Positions 50,127 through 59,403 of a stretch of DNA of 64,000 bases are shown in pieces (position 1 is the stretch's first letter; the number at the start of each line of letters is the position of its first letter). This DNA comes from a virus (lineage: Duplodnaviria > Caudoviricetes): positions 128,001 through 192,000 of IMG/VR virus record IMGVR_UViG_3300035498_000371; one strand, given 5' to 3'. Under the pieces are notes generated by a model, which was not told where the DNA came from, did no database searches, and was given only the letters and a program-made list of their open reading frames with translations. The position numbers were made by a program, and so were the translations under genes.

Positions 50127-51272
50127 TTGATAGAACTGATAACAGACGCTAACCATTTGCATGAATCCTTCTTGAAATGCAAGCAGGGTACTGACTGGAA
50201 GGAGTCTGTACAACGGGCTAGCCTGAATGAATTGAAAAATATTTATCATAAACAGAAAAGCCTGCAAGAACATGCTTATAGTCAGATGCCTTTCTATGAG
50301 TTTAATATAATGGAACGTGGTAAAGAGCGTCATATAAGATCGCTTCATATTACTGACCGTATGGTTCAGAGATGTGTATGCGATTTTATACTATTACCAG
50401 AACTATCAAAATATCTTATTTATGATAACGGAGCATCTCTCCGTGATAAAGGAATTGGATTTACAAGAGATAGATTGCACCAGCATCTATGGAATTATTA
50501 CTGCAATTATGGCCCTGAAGGATATATTCTATTGATCGATTTTCGTAAGTTCTTCGATAATATCGATCATGAGCTTCTATTAGAAGCAATAAAGAAAAAG
50601 ATCAAAGATCCAGAAGTGATTGAACTAATCACTTATCTGGTAAGTACTTTTGCTATAGATGTATCTTACTTGTCTGAAGAGCAGTATGAAGAGTTCAAGA
50701 GTGAAATATTTGACTCGATGTCTTATGAGCCATATCATGAAAGAACTGGAGAGAAGTTGTTGTATAAATCCCTTGGAATGGGTAGTCAGATATCTCAAAT
50801 TTCTGGTATTTATTATCCAACTCCTATAGATAATTACTGTAAAATTGTTCAGGGTTGCAAGTATTATGGAAGATATATGGATGATACTTATATCATTCAT
50901 CATGATAAAGAATATTTAGTTTGGTTATTGGAACAGATTAAGTCTATCTGTTGGGATTTAAGGATTTATATAAATCTTAATAAAACACAAATCCAAAAAT
51001 TGGATCATTTCACCTATCTTAAAGTGAAGTATACTATGACCGATACCGGTAAAGTTATTAAGAGAGTAGCGAGCGACTCTGTTACAAGAGAGCGTCAGAA
51101 ACTTAAGACTTTTAGAAATCTTTTATTAGATGGATATATGACGATTGATGAAATCATTAATCAATATAAGTCTTGGAGAGGTGGAATATTACATCTTGAT
51201 TCATATAGAACCATTCAGAATATGGACGCCATATTTCTGGAATTATTCGGTATAAACATCGAACATGTTTAG
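50127..51272 (+). CDS. DGR reverse transcriptase
   Basis: ERGKERHI, DRMVQR, IDFRKFFDNIDH, LGMGSQISQ (DGR-type G.GxxxSQ), YGRYMDD; TTG start. Confidence 0.95.
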   Translation: MIELITDANHLHESFLKCKQGTDWKESVQRASLNELKNIYHKQKSLQEHAYSQMPFYEFNIMERGKERHIRSLHITDRMVQRCVCDFILLPELSKYLIYDNGASLRDKGIGFTRDRLHQHLWNYYCNYGPEGYILLIDFRKFFDNIDHELLLEAIKKKIKDPEVIELITYLVSTFAIDVSYLSEEQYEEFKSEIFDSMSYEPYHERTGEKLLYKSLGMGSQISQISGIYYPTPIDNYCKIVQGCKYYGRYMDDTYIIHHDKEYLVWLLEQIKSICWDLRIYINLNKTQIQKLDHFTYLKVKYTMTDTGKVIKRVASDSVTRERQKLKTFRNLLLDGYMTIDEIINQYKSWRGGILHLDSYRTIQNMDAIFLELFGINIEHV

Positions 51273-51299
51273 TAAATACTTTAAAGGAGGTAATTAACA

Positions 51300-51611
51300 A
51301 TGGATAAGAAAATTACTTATACTATTGCATTTGCTGATGGAGCATCATTCGGTCCCGCCGAGCTTAACGGCAACAACTATGTTGTTTCTGGCGATGTAAG
51401 CGATGCTGTAAACGCAGCAAGTAAAAAATCTGTAACTGTAGACGGCAGTGATGGATCACATGTAGAGTTCAAGAATGCTACTGTAAACGCAAACGTAGTT
51501 GGCGGCGATACATATCTCTTTATCGAAGAGGAATCTGAGTCTAAGAGATATGAAGACTCCGTAGAGGCTCGTTTAACGTATCTTGAAATGATGATTGGAG
51601 GTACAGAATAA
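51300..51611 (+). CDS. Hypothetical tail-fibre-associated protein (XkdW-position gene)
   Basis: ELNGNNY motif and C-terminal EARLTYLEMM helix, directly before an XkdX-like gene. Confidence 0.55.
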   Translation: MDKKITYTIAFADGASFGPAELNGNNYVVSGDVSDAVNAASKKSVTVDGSDGSHVEFKNATVNANVVGGDTYLFIEEESESKRYEDSVEARLTYLEMMIGGTE

Positions 51612-51748
51612 TGAGTAAATTCGAGAAAGTACAGTATTTCTATGATAGAGAACTGTGGACAATCAGTCAGGTTAAAGATGCTGTTGCTAAGGGATGGATT
51701 ACAGCAGCTCAGTACAAAACAATCACTGGAGAGAAATACGAGGCATAG
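51611..51748 (+). CDS. XkdX-family small protein (45 aa; not in ORF track)
   Basis: MSKFEKVQYFYDRELWTISQVKDAVAKGWITAAQYKTITGEKYEA: XkdX pattern (Y..glW....V..aV.kgwIT..qY..ITGe.Y); TAATG overlap with the previous gene. Confidence 0.85.
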   Translation: MSKFEKVQYFYDRELWTISQVKDAVAKGWITAAQYKTITGEKYEA

Positions 51749-51786
51749 TTCTCATATTGCAGTGAAATAATTAAAATGCGATGAAT

Positions 51787-51822
51787 GCGGGAGTGCTTAA
51801 TTGCACTCCCGTGTTTATTTTG
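51787..51822 (+). terminator. Rho-independent terminator closing the fibre/DGR unit
   Basis: GCGGGAGTGC-TTAATT-GCACTCCCGT followed by a T-rich tract. Confidence 0.8.
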
Positions 51823-51878
51823 TAAAATAAATAGATTAAGACTTTTTAATAAATAATATAGTTAGGAGGTCTTATTTT

Positions 51879-52766
51879 ATGATTACTTGTACTGAAAGCG
51901 GTAAAGGTTTTACTAAAGGTGATATGTATCTTAAAAGTACTATCGAACGTATTCTTACAGAAGGATGTCTTGATGAGAATCCAAGACCTAAATACAAAGA
52001 TGGAGTTCCGGCTCATACATTATCGGTTAACCATGAGATGCAGACTTATGATCTTGCTAATGGAGAATCTGGGTTTACTACACTAAGACCGGTATCTTTA
52101 AAGAGTGCTATTGGGGAGATCTTATGGATCTATCAGGATCAGTCTAATGATCTTGATTTACTTAAAGATAAGTATGGAATTACATGGTGGGATGAATGGG
52201 ATATTGGAAATCGCACCATTGGTTCATGCTATGGTGAAACTATAAGAAGACATGACCTCATGAATAATCTTCTTGAAGGAATCAAGAATGATCCAGATGG
52301 GCGTAGACACATTATCACAATGTGGCAGGTTGATGATTTCAAAGATAAGCATGGATTAAAACCTTGCTGCTATCAGACAGTATGGAATGTACGTCATGGT
52401 AAAGATGGAGTTACATACTTAGATATGTGCATGTTCCAGAGATCATCTGATTTTCTTGTATCTGGAACTATCAATTGTTTACAGTATACAGCATTATTGT
52501 ATATGGTTGCTGGACATTTTGGTTATACTCCAGGAAGGTTTACTTGGTATAACGCCAATGTACAGATTTACGATCGTCACCAGGAACAGGCTAATATCTT
52601 ATTAGAAAGAGAGCCGATTATATTTGATACTGGTAAACATCCTCATTTTGAGGTTGAACCTAAGAATTTCTACGACTATACTGTAGATGATATCAAAATC
52701 ATTGGTTATCCAATGAAAGAAGTTAAAGAAAAGAATCCTCAGCTTAAATTTGATCTTGGTATTTAA
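51879..52766 (+). CDS. thyA: Thymidylate synthase (ThyA)
   Basis: RRHIITMW, catalytic LKPCC, QRSSD, Asn in GTINCLQY (dUMP-specifying position), QIYDRH. Confidence 0.92.
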   Translation: MITCTESGKGFTKGDMYLKSTIERILTEGCLDENPRPKYKDGVPAHTLSVNHEMQTYDLANGESGFTTLRPVSLKSAIGEILWIYQDQSNDLDLLKDKYGITWWDEWDIGNRTIGSCYGETIRRHDLMNNLLEGIKNDPDGRRHIITMWQVDDFKDKHGLKPCCYQTVWNVRHGKDGVTYLDMCMFQRSSDFLVSGTINCLQYTALLYMVAGHFGYTPGRFTWYNANVQIYDRHQEQANILLEREPIIFDTGKHPHFEVEPKNFYDYTVDDIKIIGYPMKEVKEKNPQLKFDLGI

Positions 52767-52773
52767 TCATCAA

Positions 52774-52805
52774 AAGAGGGTTACAATTCAGTAACCCTCT
52801 TCTTT
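52774..52805 (+). terminator. Rho-independent terminator
   Basis: AAGAGGGTTAC-AATTCA-GTAACCCTCTT. Confidence 0.8.
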
Positions 52806-52825
52806 AATTTGAAAGGAGAGTATTT

Positions 52826-53791
52826 ATGGGCTTATTTAATATTCTTAAAGATAAACTTAGAGTTACAAATGAAAATAACGTCATAGAAGACGATACAAAG
52901 CTATATACACAAGTAATTTATAATACGTTCAATAATTTTGTTGTATTAATATCTTATTCTAGCGATTATGCTACTCAGGTAGTAGAATTTCTTGATGCTT
53001 GTAATACAGCAGGATTGAAATTTATTACAATGCAATCTTCTTATGAATCAGACAGAGATGAAGAAGATAATGAAGAAGAACAGAAAGAAGAAGAGTTTGC
53101 TATCCGTCCAGAGAAAATACAACATCAGAGGCAATATATAGTTCTTTCTGGAAATATTCATACTTACTCTGGAATCTATAGTTGCATTGATGCTCTTTCT
53201 AATGATATTCTTCTTGCAGTTCAGGATGATATTTATAATAACTGCAGTTCTACATATTTCAATGAGCATATCAAGAATGGAGTATTGAACTTCAATGAGT
53301 TTAAGTATAGAAAGATTGCTCCTCAATATGATAAAGAAATCTCTTTAGAGACAACGTATTATAAAGAGACTTTATTGTTTAATAATCCTAGAGCAATTAT
53401 GTCTAAATTACCATCTGGATTTATGGAGAAGGACATTCTTCAGATTATCAGAATTCATAAACTAAACGATGATTATGGATTCTCAATGCTTAAACTGCTA
53501 AAAGATCAATACGATTCCAATAAATGCGACGATCATTTCATAAAAGATTTCTCAGATGTATACTCTATGGTAATTGGAGATATAACAGAGGAAAAGATTC
53601 ATAGGCTTTTATTTATGCCTAAATACACACTTCAGGATGATGATATATTTATCGGTGATGTAGATGATGAAAGATTAGATGATATCTTCAGGCAGCATTA
53701 TGATAAATTTACTGGAGTGACTGACGATTCATTAAACTATATGGATATAGATGAGATCTTAAAGGAGGGAGAGGAAAATGGCAACGGATAA
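52826..53791 (+). CDS. Hypothetical protein
   Basis: Long ORF with SD. Confidence 0.7.
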   Translation: MGLFNILKDKLRVTNENNVIEDDTKLYTQVIYNTFNNFVVLISYSSDYATQVVEFLDACNTAGLKFITMQSSYESDRDEEDNEEEQKEEEFAIRPEKIQHQRQYIVLSGNIHTYSGIYSCIDALSNDILLAVQDDIYNNCSSTYFNEHIKNGVLNFNEFKYRKIAPQYDKEISLETTYYKETLLFNNPRAIMSKLPSGFMEKDILQIIRIHKLNDDYGFSMLKLLKDQYDSNKCDDHFIKDFSDVYSMVIGDITEEKIHRLLFMPKYTLQDDDIFIGDVDDERLDDIFRQHYDKFTGVTDDSLNYMDIDEILKEGEENGNG

Positions 53792-54392
53792 TATAGATAT
53801 AGATGATGTATGTAGTAAATTCGACTCGTATTTCGTTGCAGAAAAACAGAATCAGATTGATAAAAGATATAGGGCATCTTCTGATATAATATTCTCTGAT
53901 GGTAAATTTGATCATCATATTAATTCTGAAGGATATATTGTGATAGAGAATGTAAGAGATGCTAATTATCTTATATTTACCGATCAAACCGGAGATGTAA
54001 GATTAATTATATACCAGAATACGCCGTCATTTAAGTTTAAAGATATTATTGACAGATGTAATCAAATTAGAGAAACCACTGGGGAAATTAAATCTGAAGA
54101 TAAGAATGATAATTCTGATATAAAGATATCTGAAAGGCTCATAGATATCAACACGTTTGTATGCCCAACGTGCAATGGTAAAATGACTTTAATTAAGCCT
54201 AAAAGTACCAGTGAAACTATAGTTGCATATTGCAAGAAATGTAATATAGAATATGTATTAGTCCCGTCAAAGTATTACGTTATAAAAGCCCAAAAACAGT
54301 TCTATAATTCCACCAATGAAAGACATACTATGGTGGAAAATATCATATCAAAGAAAGGAAGTAATAAAAATGAGCGAAGTAATAAGAATTAA
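53778..54392 (+). CDS. Hypothetical protein with zinc ribbon
   Basis: CPTC...CKKC. Confidence 0.65.
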   Translation: MATDNIDIDDVCSKFDSYFVAEKQNQIDKRYRASSDIIFSDGKFDHHINSEGYIVIENVRDANYLIFTDQTGDVRLIIYQNTPSFKFKDIIDRCNQIRETTGEIKSEDKNDNSDIKISERLIDINTFVCPTCNGKMTLIKPKSTSETIVAYCKKCNIEYVLVPSKYYVIKAQKQFYNSTNERHTMVENIISKKGSNKNERSNKN

Positions 54393-54831
54393 GTATTTTG
54401 GAGATCAGGAACCAATCGAGAAAATTCCTAATGGAGATTGGATTGATCTTCGTGCGGCAGAAGACGTTGCAATTCCTGAGAAGGAGTTTAAATTAATCCC
54501 TCTTGGAGTGGCAATGCAGTTACCTGTTGGGTATGAGGCGCATATCGCACCTAGAAGTTCTACGTTTAAGAAATGGGGAATCATTCAGACTAACTCTGTA
54601 GGAGTAGTCGATGAATCATACTGTGGGGATAATGATCAGTGGTTTATGCCAGCTTTCTGTTTGCGTGGGGATTATGTAAACGATAACGGAGAACACTTCT
54701 CTTGCATCCATAAAGGCGATAGAATTTGCCAGTTCAGAATTGTTAAGAAACAGCCTGAAGTAGAATTCGAAACTGTTAACGTACTCGGTAATGAGGATCG
54801 TGGAGGTATTGGCTCTACAGGAACCAACTAG
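54370..54831 (+). CDS. dut: Trimeric dUTPase
   Basis: Motifs I-V: [31 protein letters not shown]. Confidence 0.92.
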   Translation: MSEVIRIKYFGDQEPIEKIPNGDWIDLRAAEDVAIPEKEFKLIPLGVAMQLPVGYEAHIAPRSSTFKKWGIIQTNSVGVVDESYCGDNDQWFMPAFCLRGDYVNDNGEHFSCIHKGDRICQFRIVKKQPEVEFETVNVLGNEDRGGIGSTGTN

Positions 54832-54843
54832 GAGGGTACAGAT

Positions 54844-54951
54844 ATGTCATTTTTGAAATTCTATTTCATATTTATGATCATACAATGCATATTAAACTCA
54901 ATAGCAAATTTAATAGATGAGGAGGAGAAGCACAATGATAATAAAGCCTAA
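54844..54951 (+). CDS. Putative 35-aa membrane peptide (MSFLKFYFIFMIIQCILNSIANLIDEEEKHNDNKA)
   Basis: GGAGG SD; fills the gap between dut and the next gene; hydrophobic N-terminus. Confidence 0.4.
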   Translation: MSFLKFYFIFMIIQCILNSIANLIDEEEKHNDNKA

Positions 54952-55891
54952 GAAGAATGGAGTATTCTATTCATTTAAAAATGATGAGGCTGCTGATAAT
55001 GCTATTAATGTAATTATCTTAGCATCTCTTCATGGAGATGAAGTTGTAGCATCATTGATTGCTCATAATATTATAAACTTCTTCTCATTCTCTAATATGC
55101 CTAGAACTATCAGGAATATTATAGTTTATCCGTTCGTTAATGTTGCTGGTATAAGAAATCATACTAGGGAATCATATGCCCCAACAGCAAATCTTAACGA
55201 TGCTTGGCAGACTGTAGATTATAGAAATGCGATTAAAACTTTAATCGATGGGATGTGTGGAGAAGGAGGAACAACTCCAACTATTGTGATTGATATCCAC
55301 AATTCTCCTAATATATTTCCATGCATTGTAATGGAATCTACAGATCCCAATAATGATAAGATTGAAAATCTTATGAAGAAATACAATGAGCAATGCGCTA
55401 TACCTAACGGAATAGCAATGTGTAAACGGCATACTGATATAGAAACAGTTAAATCATACGTTAACAACTCATACCCAGATAATGCATTTGGTATAACATT
55501 CGAATGCTCTGGTATGAAATTGGTAAACGATAATTATATTTTATTCTGTAGCGACAAGATTACAAGTTTTATAAGATTCGTATCAGAGAATTTCAATAAG
55601 TATATTGATGGACCTGATAAGGATTTTGTTTCTATGGATTTAGCAATTAATCTTGTTGCACCATCAAGCGGCGTTATTGAATATTCTCCTTTCAAAGATC
55701 CTCAGGCTGTTGTTGCTGGTAATGAATATCATAATGGAGAAACTATAGCAACTATAATAGACTTAAGAAATTACGTTCCTGTAGGTGTAGTTACAGCACC
55801 ATCTGATGGAAGACTGATATGCATGAACGATAATGTTTATGTATCTGGAGGAGAATGCTTCGGCATGTTTCAACCAACGATTATAGATTAG
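54935..55891 (+). CDS. M14 family carboxypeptidase / succinylglutamate desuccinylase-like protein
   Basis: SLHGDE, YPFVN, NLND, VIDIHNS, ITFE zinc/catalytic motifs; C-terminal APSSG...TAPSDG barrel-sandwich-like domain. Confidence 0.75.
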   Translation: MIIKPKKNGVFYSFKNDEAADNAINVIILASLHGDEVVASLIAHNIINFFSFSNMPRTIRNIIVYPFVNVAGIRNHTRESYAPTANLNDAWQTVDYRNAIKTLIDGMCGEGGTTPTIVIDIHNSPNIFPCIVMESTDPNNDKIENLMKKYNEQCAIPNGIAMCKRHTDIETVKSYVNNSYPDNAFGITFECSGMKLVNDNYILFCSDKITSFIRFVSENFNKYIDGPDKDFVSMDLAINLVAPSSGVIEYSPFKDPQAVVAGNEYHNGETIATIIDLRNYVPVGVVTAPSDGRLICMNDNVYVSGGECFGMFQPTIID

Positions 55892-55940
55892 GTATTTGAT
55901 CACTTCCGGCAACATTTAGGTAATCAAGGAGGTGATCTAG

Positions 55941-56735
55941 ATGATAAATACCGAATTTATAAATAAGGTAGAAAATGTATATACAGATGGCGGGAAATCT
56001 ACTATTAAGGTTAAGAATGCTCCATATTATGATGGAGAGCAATACGATCTTGATGATCCAAAAGATTTCAAGCATTTTATTGATGACCTTAAAAGAATTG
56101 TTCGTAATTCATTTGAGTATCGTTGGTTAGTTGGTTATTTAAAAGAGACTGATGGGATGGATGAATGTAGTGTTCTAGAAAATGTTACTTCTAGAGATAA
56201 TTCTGGGGTTAAAATAGAATTACATCATTCTCCATTCACATTAGAAGACATATGCTTAGCTGTAGTAAAGAAACGTATAGCCAATAATGAAGATATGAAT
56301 ATTAACGCTTGCGCTTACGAAGTTATGTATAATCATTATCTGAAATGGATTGGTTTGATTCCTTTATCTTCAACAGTACATGAGCTAGTTCATAATGCAT
56401 ACTTTTTCGTTCCAGTAGATAGAGTGTTTGGAGATTATAAGCCATTTAAAGAATCATACTATAATTATATCGATCCAGCAGTATTGGATGCTATAGATAA
56501 TGCTGAACAGGCTACAGAAGATTATGATGATTCTCAAATGCAAATCTTCAATAATCATAGAATTTACGTTGATACAGAGGATTATGATAATCAACGATTC
56601 AGCGATCTTCGTCCAGCGATTACAAATAGAATCGATGAGATAAAAAGTGGCACTCAAGCTCATATTCCAGAGGATAAACAACAGTCTAAAGTGATGTGTT
56701 ATATTGTAGATAATAGAAAACCAAGAACATTTTGA
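55941..56735 (+). CDS. HNH-like domain protein
   Basis: ECSVL...IELHHSPF...LIPLSSTVHELVH resembles an HNH/His-Me finger; promoter at 55911-55923. Confidence 0.5.
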   Translation: MINTEFINKVENVYTDGGKSTIKVKNAPYYDGEQYDLDDPKDFKHFIDDLKRIVRNSFEYRWLVGYLKETDGMDECSVLENVTSRDNSGVKIELHHSPFTLEDICLAVVKKRIANNEDMNINACAYEVMYNHYLKWIGLIPLSSTVHELVHNAYFFVPVDRVFGDYKPFKESYYNYIDPAVLDAIDNAEQATEDYDDSQMQIFNNHRIYVDTEDYDNQRFSDLRPAITNRIDEIKSGTQAHIPEDKQQSKVMCYIVDNRKPRTF

Positions 56736-56763
56736 TAAGAAATTAAGAAGGAGGTACTTAATT

Positions 56764-57357
56764 ATGCTTTTTAAAGATCCTATAACTTTATTAGCAGAAT
56801 GTGCTGCTGCCGATATTGGTAGAAGTACTGAAACTGCTGTAACAGAATCTCAGATCATTTCTACATATGCATCTATAGAGGAAGCCAGCGAGGAAGTTAT
56901 CTATGCTCCTGAGATGGTTCCTGTAGTCAAGGTAGGAAATGATTTCTTAACAGAAATGCAATATCTTGCTCCATATATTCAGAACAACGGAATCTCTTCT
57001 GTTGCTGAAGCTTTGGATAATATTGCAGAAGCAAATAATCTTCCACCTAAGTCTGTTGGTTTATTGGTAGAGTCTCAGGAATGTGTAACCAAGATGATCG
57101 ATGAAGCTTTAGATAAATCTAAGGTTGCAGGAAGTAAAGTGCTTGGTAAGATTAAGAAGGGCGAAGGTCTTATCGATAAGCTTACTAAAGGCGGCTATAA
57201 GGTTAAGAAAAAGAAGTCTGTAAAAGAAGGTAAGGGATGCGATAATTGCCCTAAATCCAGCAAAAATGAAGAGGGTGTCGATACAGGAAGCCAGGCACCT
57301 GGAGAAAACGTTGATGATACATCGGATACAGATAGCGATGCAGCACCAACAACGTAA
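56764..57357 (+). CDS. Putative virion protein
   Basis: Promoter at 56726-56738; contains VTES/LVES motifs like those in the head-protein family. Confidence 0.5.
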   Translation: MLFKDPITLLAECAAADIGRSTETAVTESQIISTYASIEEASEEVIYAPEMVPVVKVGNDFLTEMQYLAPYIQNNGISSVAEALDNIAEANNLPPKSVGLLVESQECVTKMIDEALDKSKVAGSKVLGKIKKGEGLIDKLTKGGYKVKKKKSVKEGKGCDNCPKSSKNEEGVDTGSQAPGENVDDTSDTDSDAAPTT

Positions 57358-57387
57358 AGTTAACATGTGGTTTATAAAATAAATTAA

Positions 57388-57420
57388 CGGGTGTGGTTAA
57401 TTCCACACCTGTTTAATTTT
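57388..57420 (+). terminator. Rho-independent terminator
   Basis: CGGGTGTGG-TTAATT-CCACACCTG followed by a T-rich tract. Confidence 0.7.
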
Positions 57421-57597
57421 GTTAATAATAATATATTATAGATATAGCACAAATAAGATGAGATTATAAATCATCTAAAACTTATTAATAATCATTTTAA
57501 GGAGGAATCAATATGAAGAAGTGATTTAATTTTGAAGCAACTAATAAAAATATTTCGTTATAGGTTCTACAAAATCTATGAAAGGAGAAGAGTTAAA

Positions 57598-58263
57598 ATG
57601 AGTGATACATTAGAAATTTGCACAGATGCGTCCATTAGGACGTTTGAAAACGGTAGGGTTTTTGGATGCGCTGGAGCATTATGTATTAATACTGGAGAAT
57701 CAGAATATGTTATAAGTCAGGATACGACTAATAACAGATCTGAATTGCTTGGAATATATCTGGGAATTAGATTAGCTGAGAAGATTTATCTTAACAACCC
57801 AGATGCATATGATGAAATAAAACTGTATTCCGATAGTCAATTCGGCATATTCGGTTTAACAAGATGGATGGACGCTTGGTTAGAAAGAAGCGATCCGAAT
57901 GGCATCTTGTATGGCACCAATAACAAACCTGTGAAAAATCAGGAATTGTTTAAAGCAATAATCACATATCTTACCACTCATAATATGAGGGTAAAAATGT
58001 TGCATCAGTCAGGGCATGTATCTTTAGGAAATACTAAAAAATTAGCTGAGGCAAACGCGGTATTTTTAAACTCTAATGGTTACTTATTAAGACCGGAGGA
58101 GATATATAAAATATCGTATTATAACGACATCGTTGATAGGACTAGCAGAGACAAATTACAATACGTTAATCCGAATGATTATCCCGTAATGGATTATTCT
58201 GAAAATTATAACGTTATGTGCAGTTATGTAATCCCAGCAAATTATAAAGAATATGTTTGCTAG
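57598..58263 (+). CDS. rnhA: Ribonuclease HI
   Basis: ICTDAS, TTNNRSEL, YSDSQ, PVKNQEL, SGH, NDIVD: RNase HI D-E-D-D catalytic pattern. Confidence 0.88.
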   Translation: MSDTLEICTDASIRTFENGRVFGCAGALCINTGESEYVISQDTTNNRSELLGIYLGIRLAEKIYLNNPDAYDEIKLYSDSQFGIFGLTRWMDAWLERSDPNGILYGTNNKPVKNQELFKAIITYLTTHNMRVKMLHQSGHVSLGNTKKLAEANAVFLNSNGYLLRPEEIYKISYYNDIVDRTSRDKLQYVNPNDYPVMDYSENYNVMCSYVIPANYKEYVC

Positions 58264-58278
58264 GAAGGAGTAGATCAT

Positions 58279-59403
58279 ATGAATTTATACGGCACAATTC
58301 AAAATGGAGGATTCGGTACCAATGCACCAATGCAATATGGTGCCGGATTTAACCCATATTATGGAGGAATGGCACCACCGCCTCGATATCAGACGATGGG
58401 GAACATGGTTCCTTTAGGTGGAGGAGTGAACGTATATAATACAGTTCAACCACAACAGCAGCAATATAATAATGGAATGGTATTTCAACCAATACCACAA
58501 CAATATTATCAGCAACCGCAATATCAATCTCCATTTGGTGGGGATTATAATAATCCATATGCAACGACATTCGCTGCATATAGACAGCAACAACAAATTG
58601 GGTATCCGCAACAATTTAGTGGTAATTTTGGGTATCCTGGAGGCGGAATGTATGGAGGATATAATCCAAACTTCTATGTGTCTCCAATGTATAGACAACA
58701 ACAAATACAGCAGCTTAAATCAATGGATAAATTGAAATATGAAATAGCTGCAGGATTTAAAGGCAAATCTATTGATATGGAGAAATTAGATCAAGCTCTT
58801 GAAGCTAGATATAATCCTTCTAGTCAATATGAAAAAATGTCTGAAGAAGAAAGGAGTAATTTAAACAATTGGAATACTTTAGTACAGATGTCTCAAATGG
58901 CTAATAATCCATATTTAGAGACAGGTGGTAGAAGTATAGCAAGAATGATGATAGAGCAATCAGCAAATTATCATAGAGAGCTAGATAATCATTCTTTATT
59001 TGAATTCTTGCAGAACGACTTATGGAAACTTCAGAGAGAATATTGGATAGCTCAGAATATTAGTAGAGGATATAACAGAAATCTATCAAGCACTTATGAT
59101 AGTAAAGAATATAATGAGTTATTAAAACTACACAACTCAGCTAATCCATATATTGATCAAATACTTAACGATTCTAGGTATGATAATAATCTATATGATG
59201 AAGAGTTAGGTATGAGTCTTGCATTCGATCCTGAAAAGAGAAAGATGCAGATAACAAGAAAACCATTGCCAACGTATATTTCATCAGAAGAAACTCAACG
59301 ACGGCGACACGAGTGGACAAATCTTATACTAAACGGCATTTACAATAAGACCCCACAACAAACCGATAGTGGTGGAGGAGGTGGCGGTAATGTCCAGAGT
59401 TAG
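58279..59403 (+). CDS. Hypothetical protein with a Q/Y/G/N/P-rich low-complexity N-terminal domain
   Basis: The first ~145 aa are dominated by Q, Y, G, N, P and M and nearly lack charged residues. Confidence 0.75.
   Translation: MNLYGTIQNGGFGTNAPMQYGAGFNPYYGGMAPPPRYQTMGNMVPLGGGVNVYNTVQPQQQQYNNGMVFQPIPQQYYQQPQYQSPFGGDYNNPYATTFAAYRQQQQIGYPQQFSGNFGYPGGGMYGGYNPNFYVSPMYRQQQIQQLKSMDKLKYEIAAGFKGKSIDMEKLDQALEARYNPSSQYEKMSEEERSNLNNWNTLVQMSQMANNPYLETGGRSIARMMIEQSANYHRELDNHSLFEFLQNDLWKLQREYWIAQNISRGYNRNLSSTYDSKEYNELLKLHNSANPYIDQILNDSRYDNNLYDEELGMSLAFDPEKRKMQITRKPLPTYISSEETQRRRHEWTNLILNGIYNKTPQQTDSGGGGGGNVQS

Larger units (their letters stand above)
47040..51272 (+). mobile_element. Diversity-generating retroelement (target/VR - spacer - avd - TR - RT)
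   Basis: All canonical components are present on the same strand, with adenine-specific TR-to-VR differences. Confidence 0.95.

Noticed and set aside
50127-51272. RT as a group II intron, retron or Abi RT
   Set aside because: No maturase/endonuclease domains or intron boundaries are evident. The SQ motif, adjacent avd and A-specific TR/VR pair identify it as a DGR RT.
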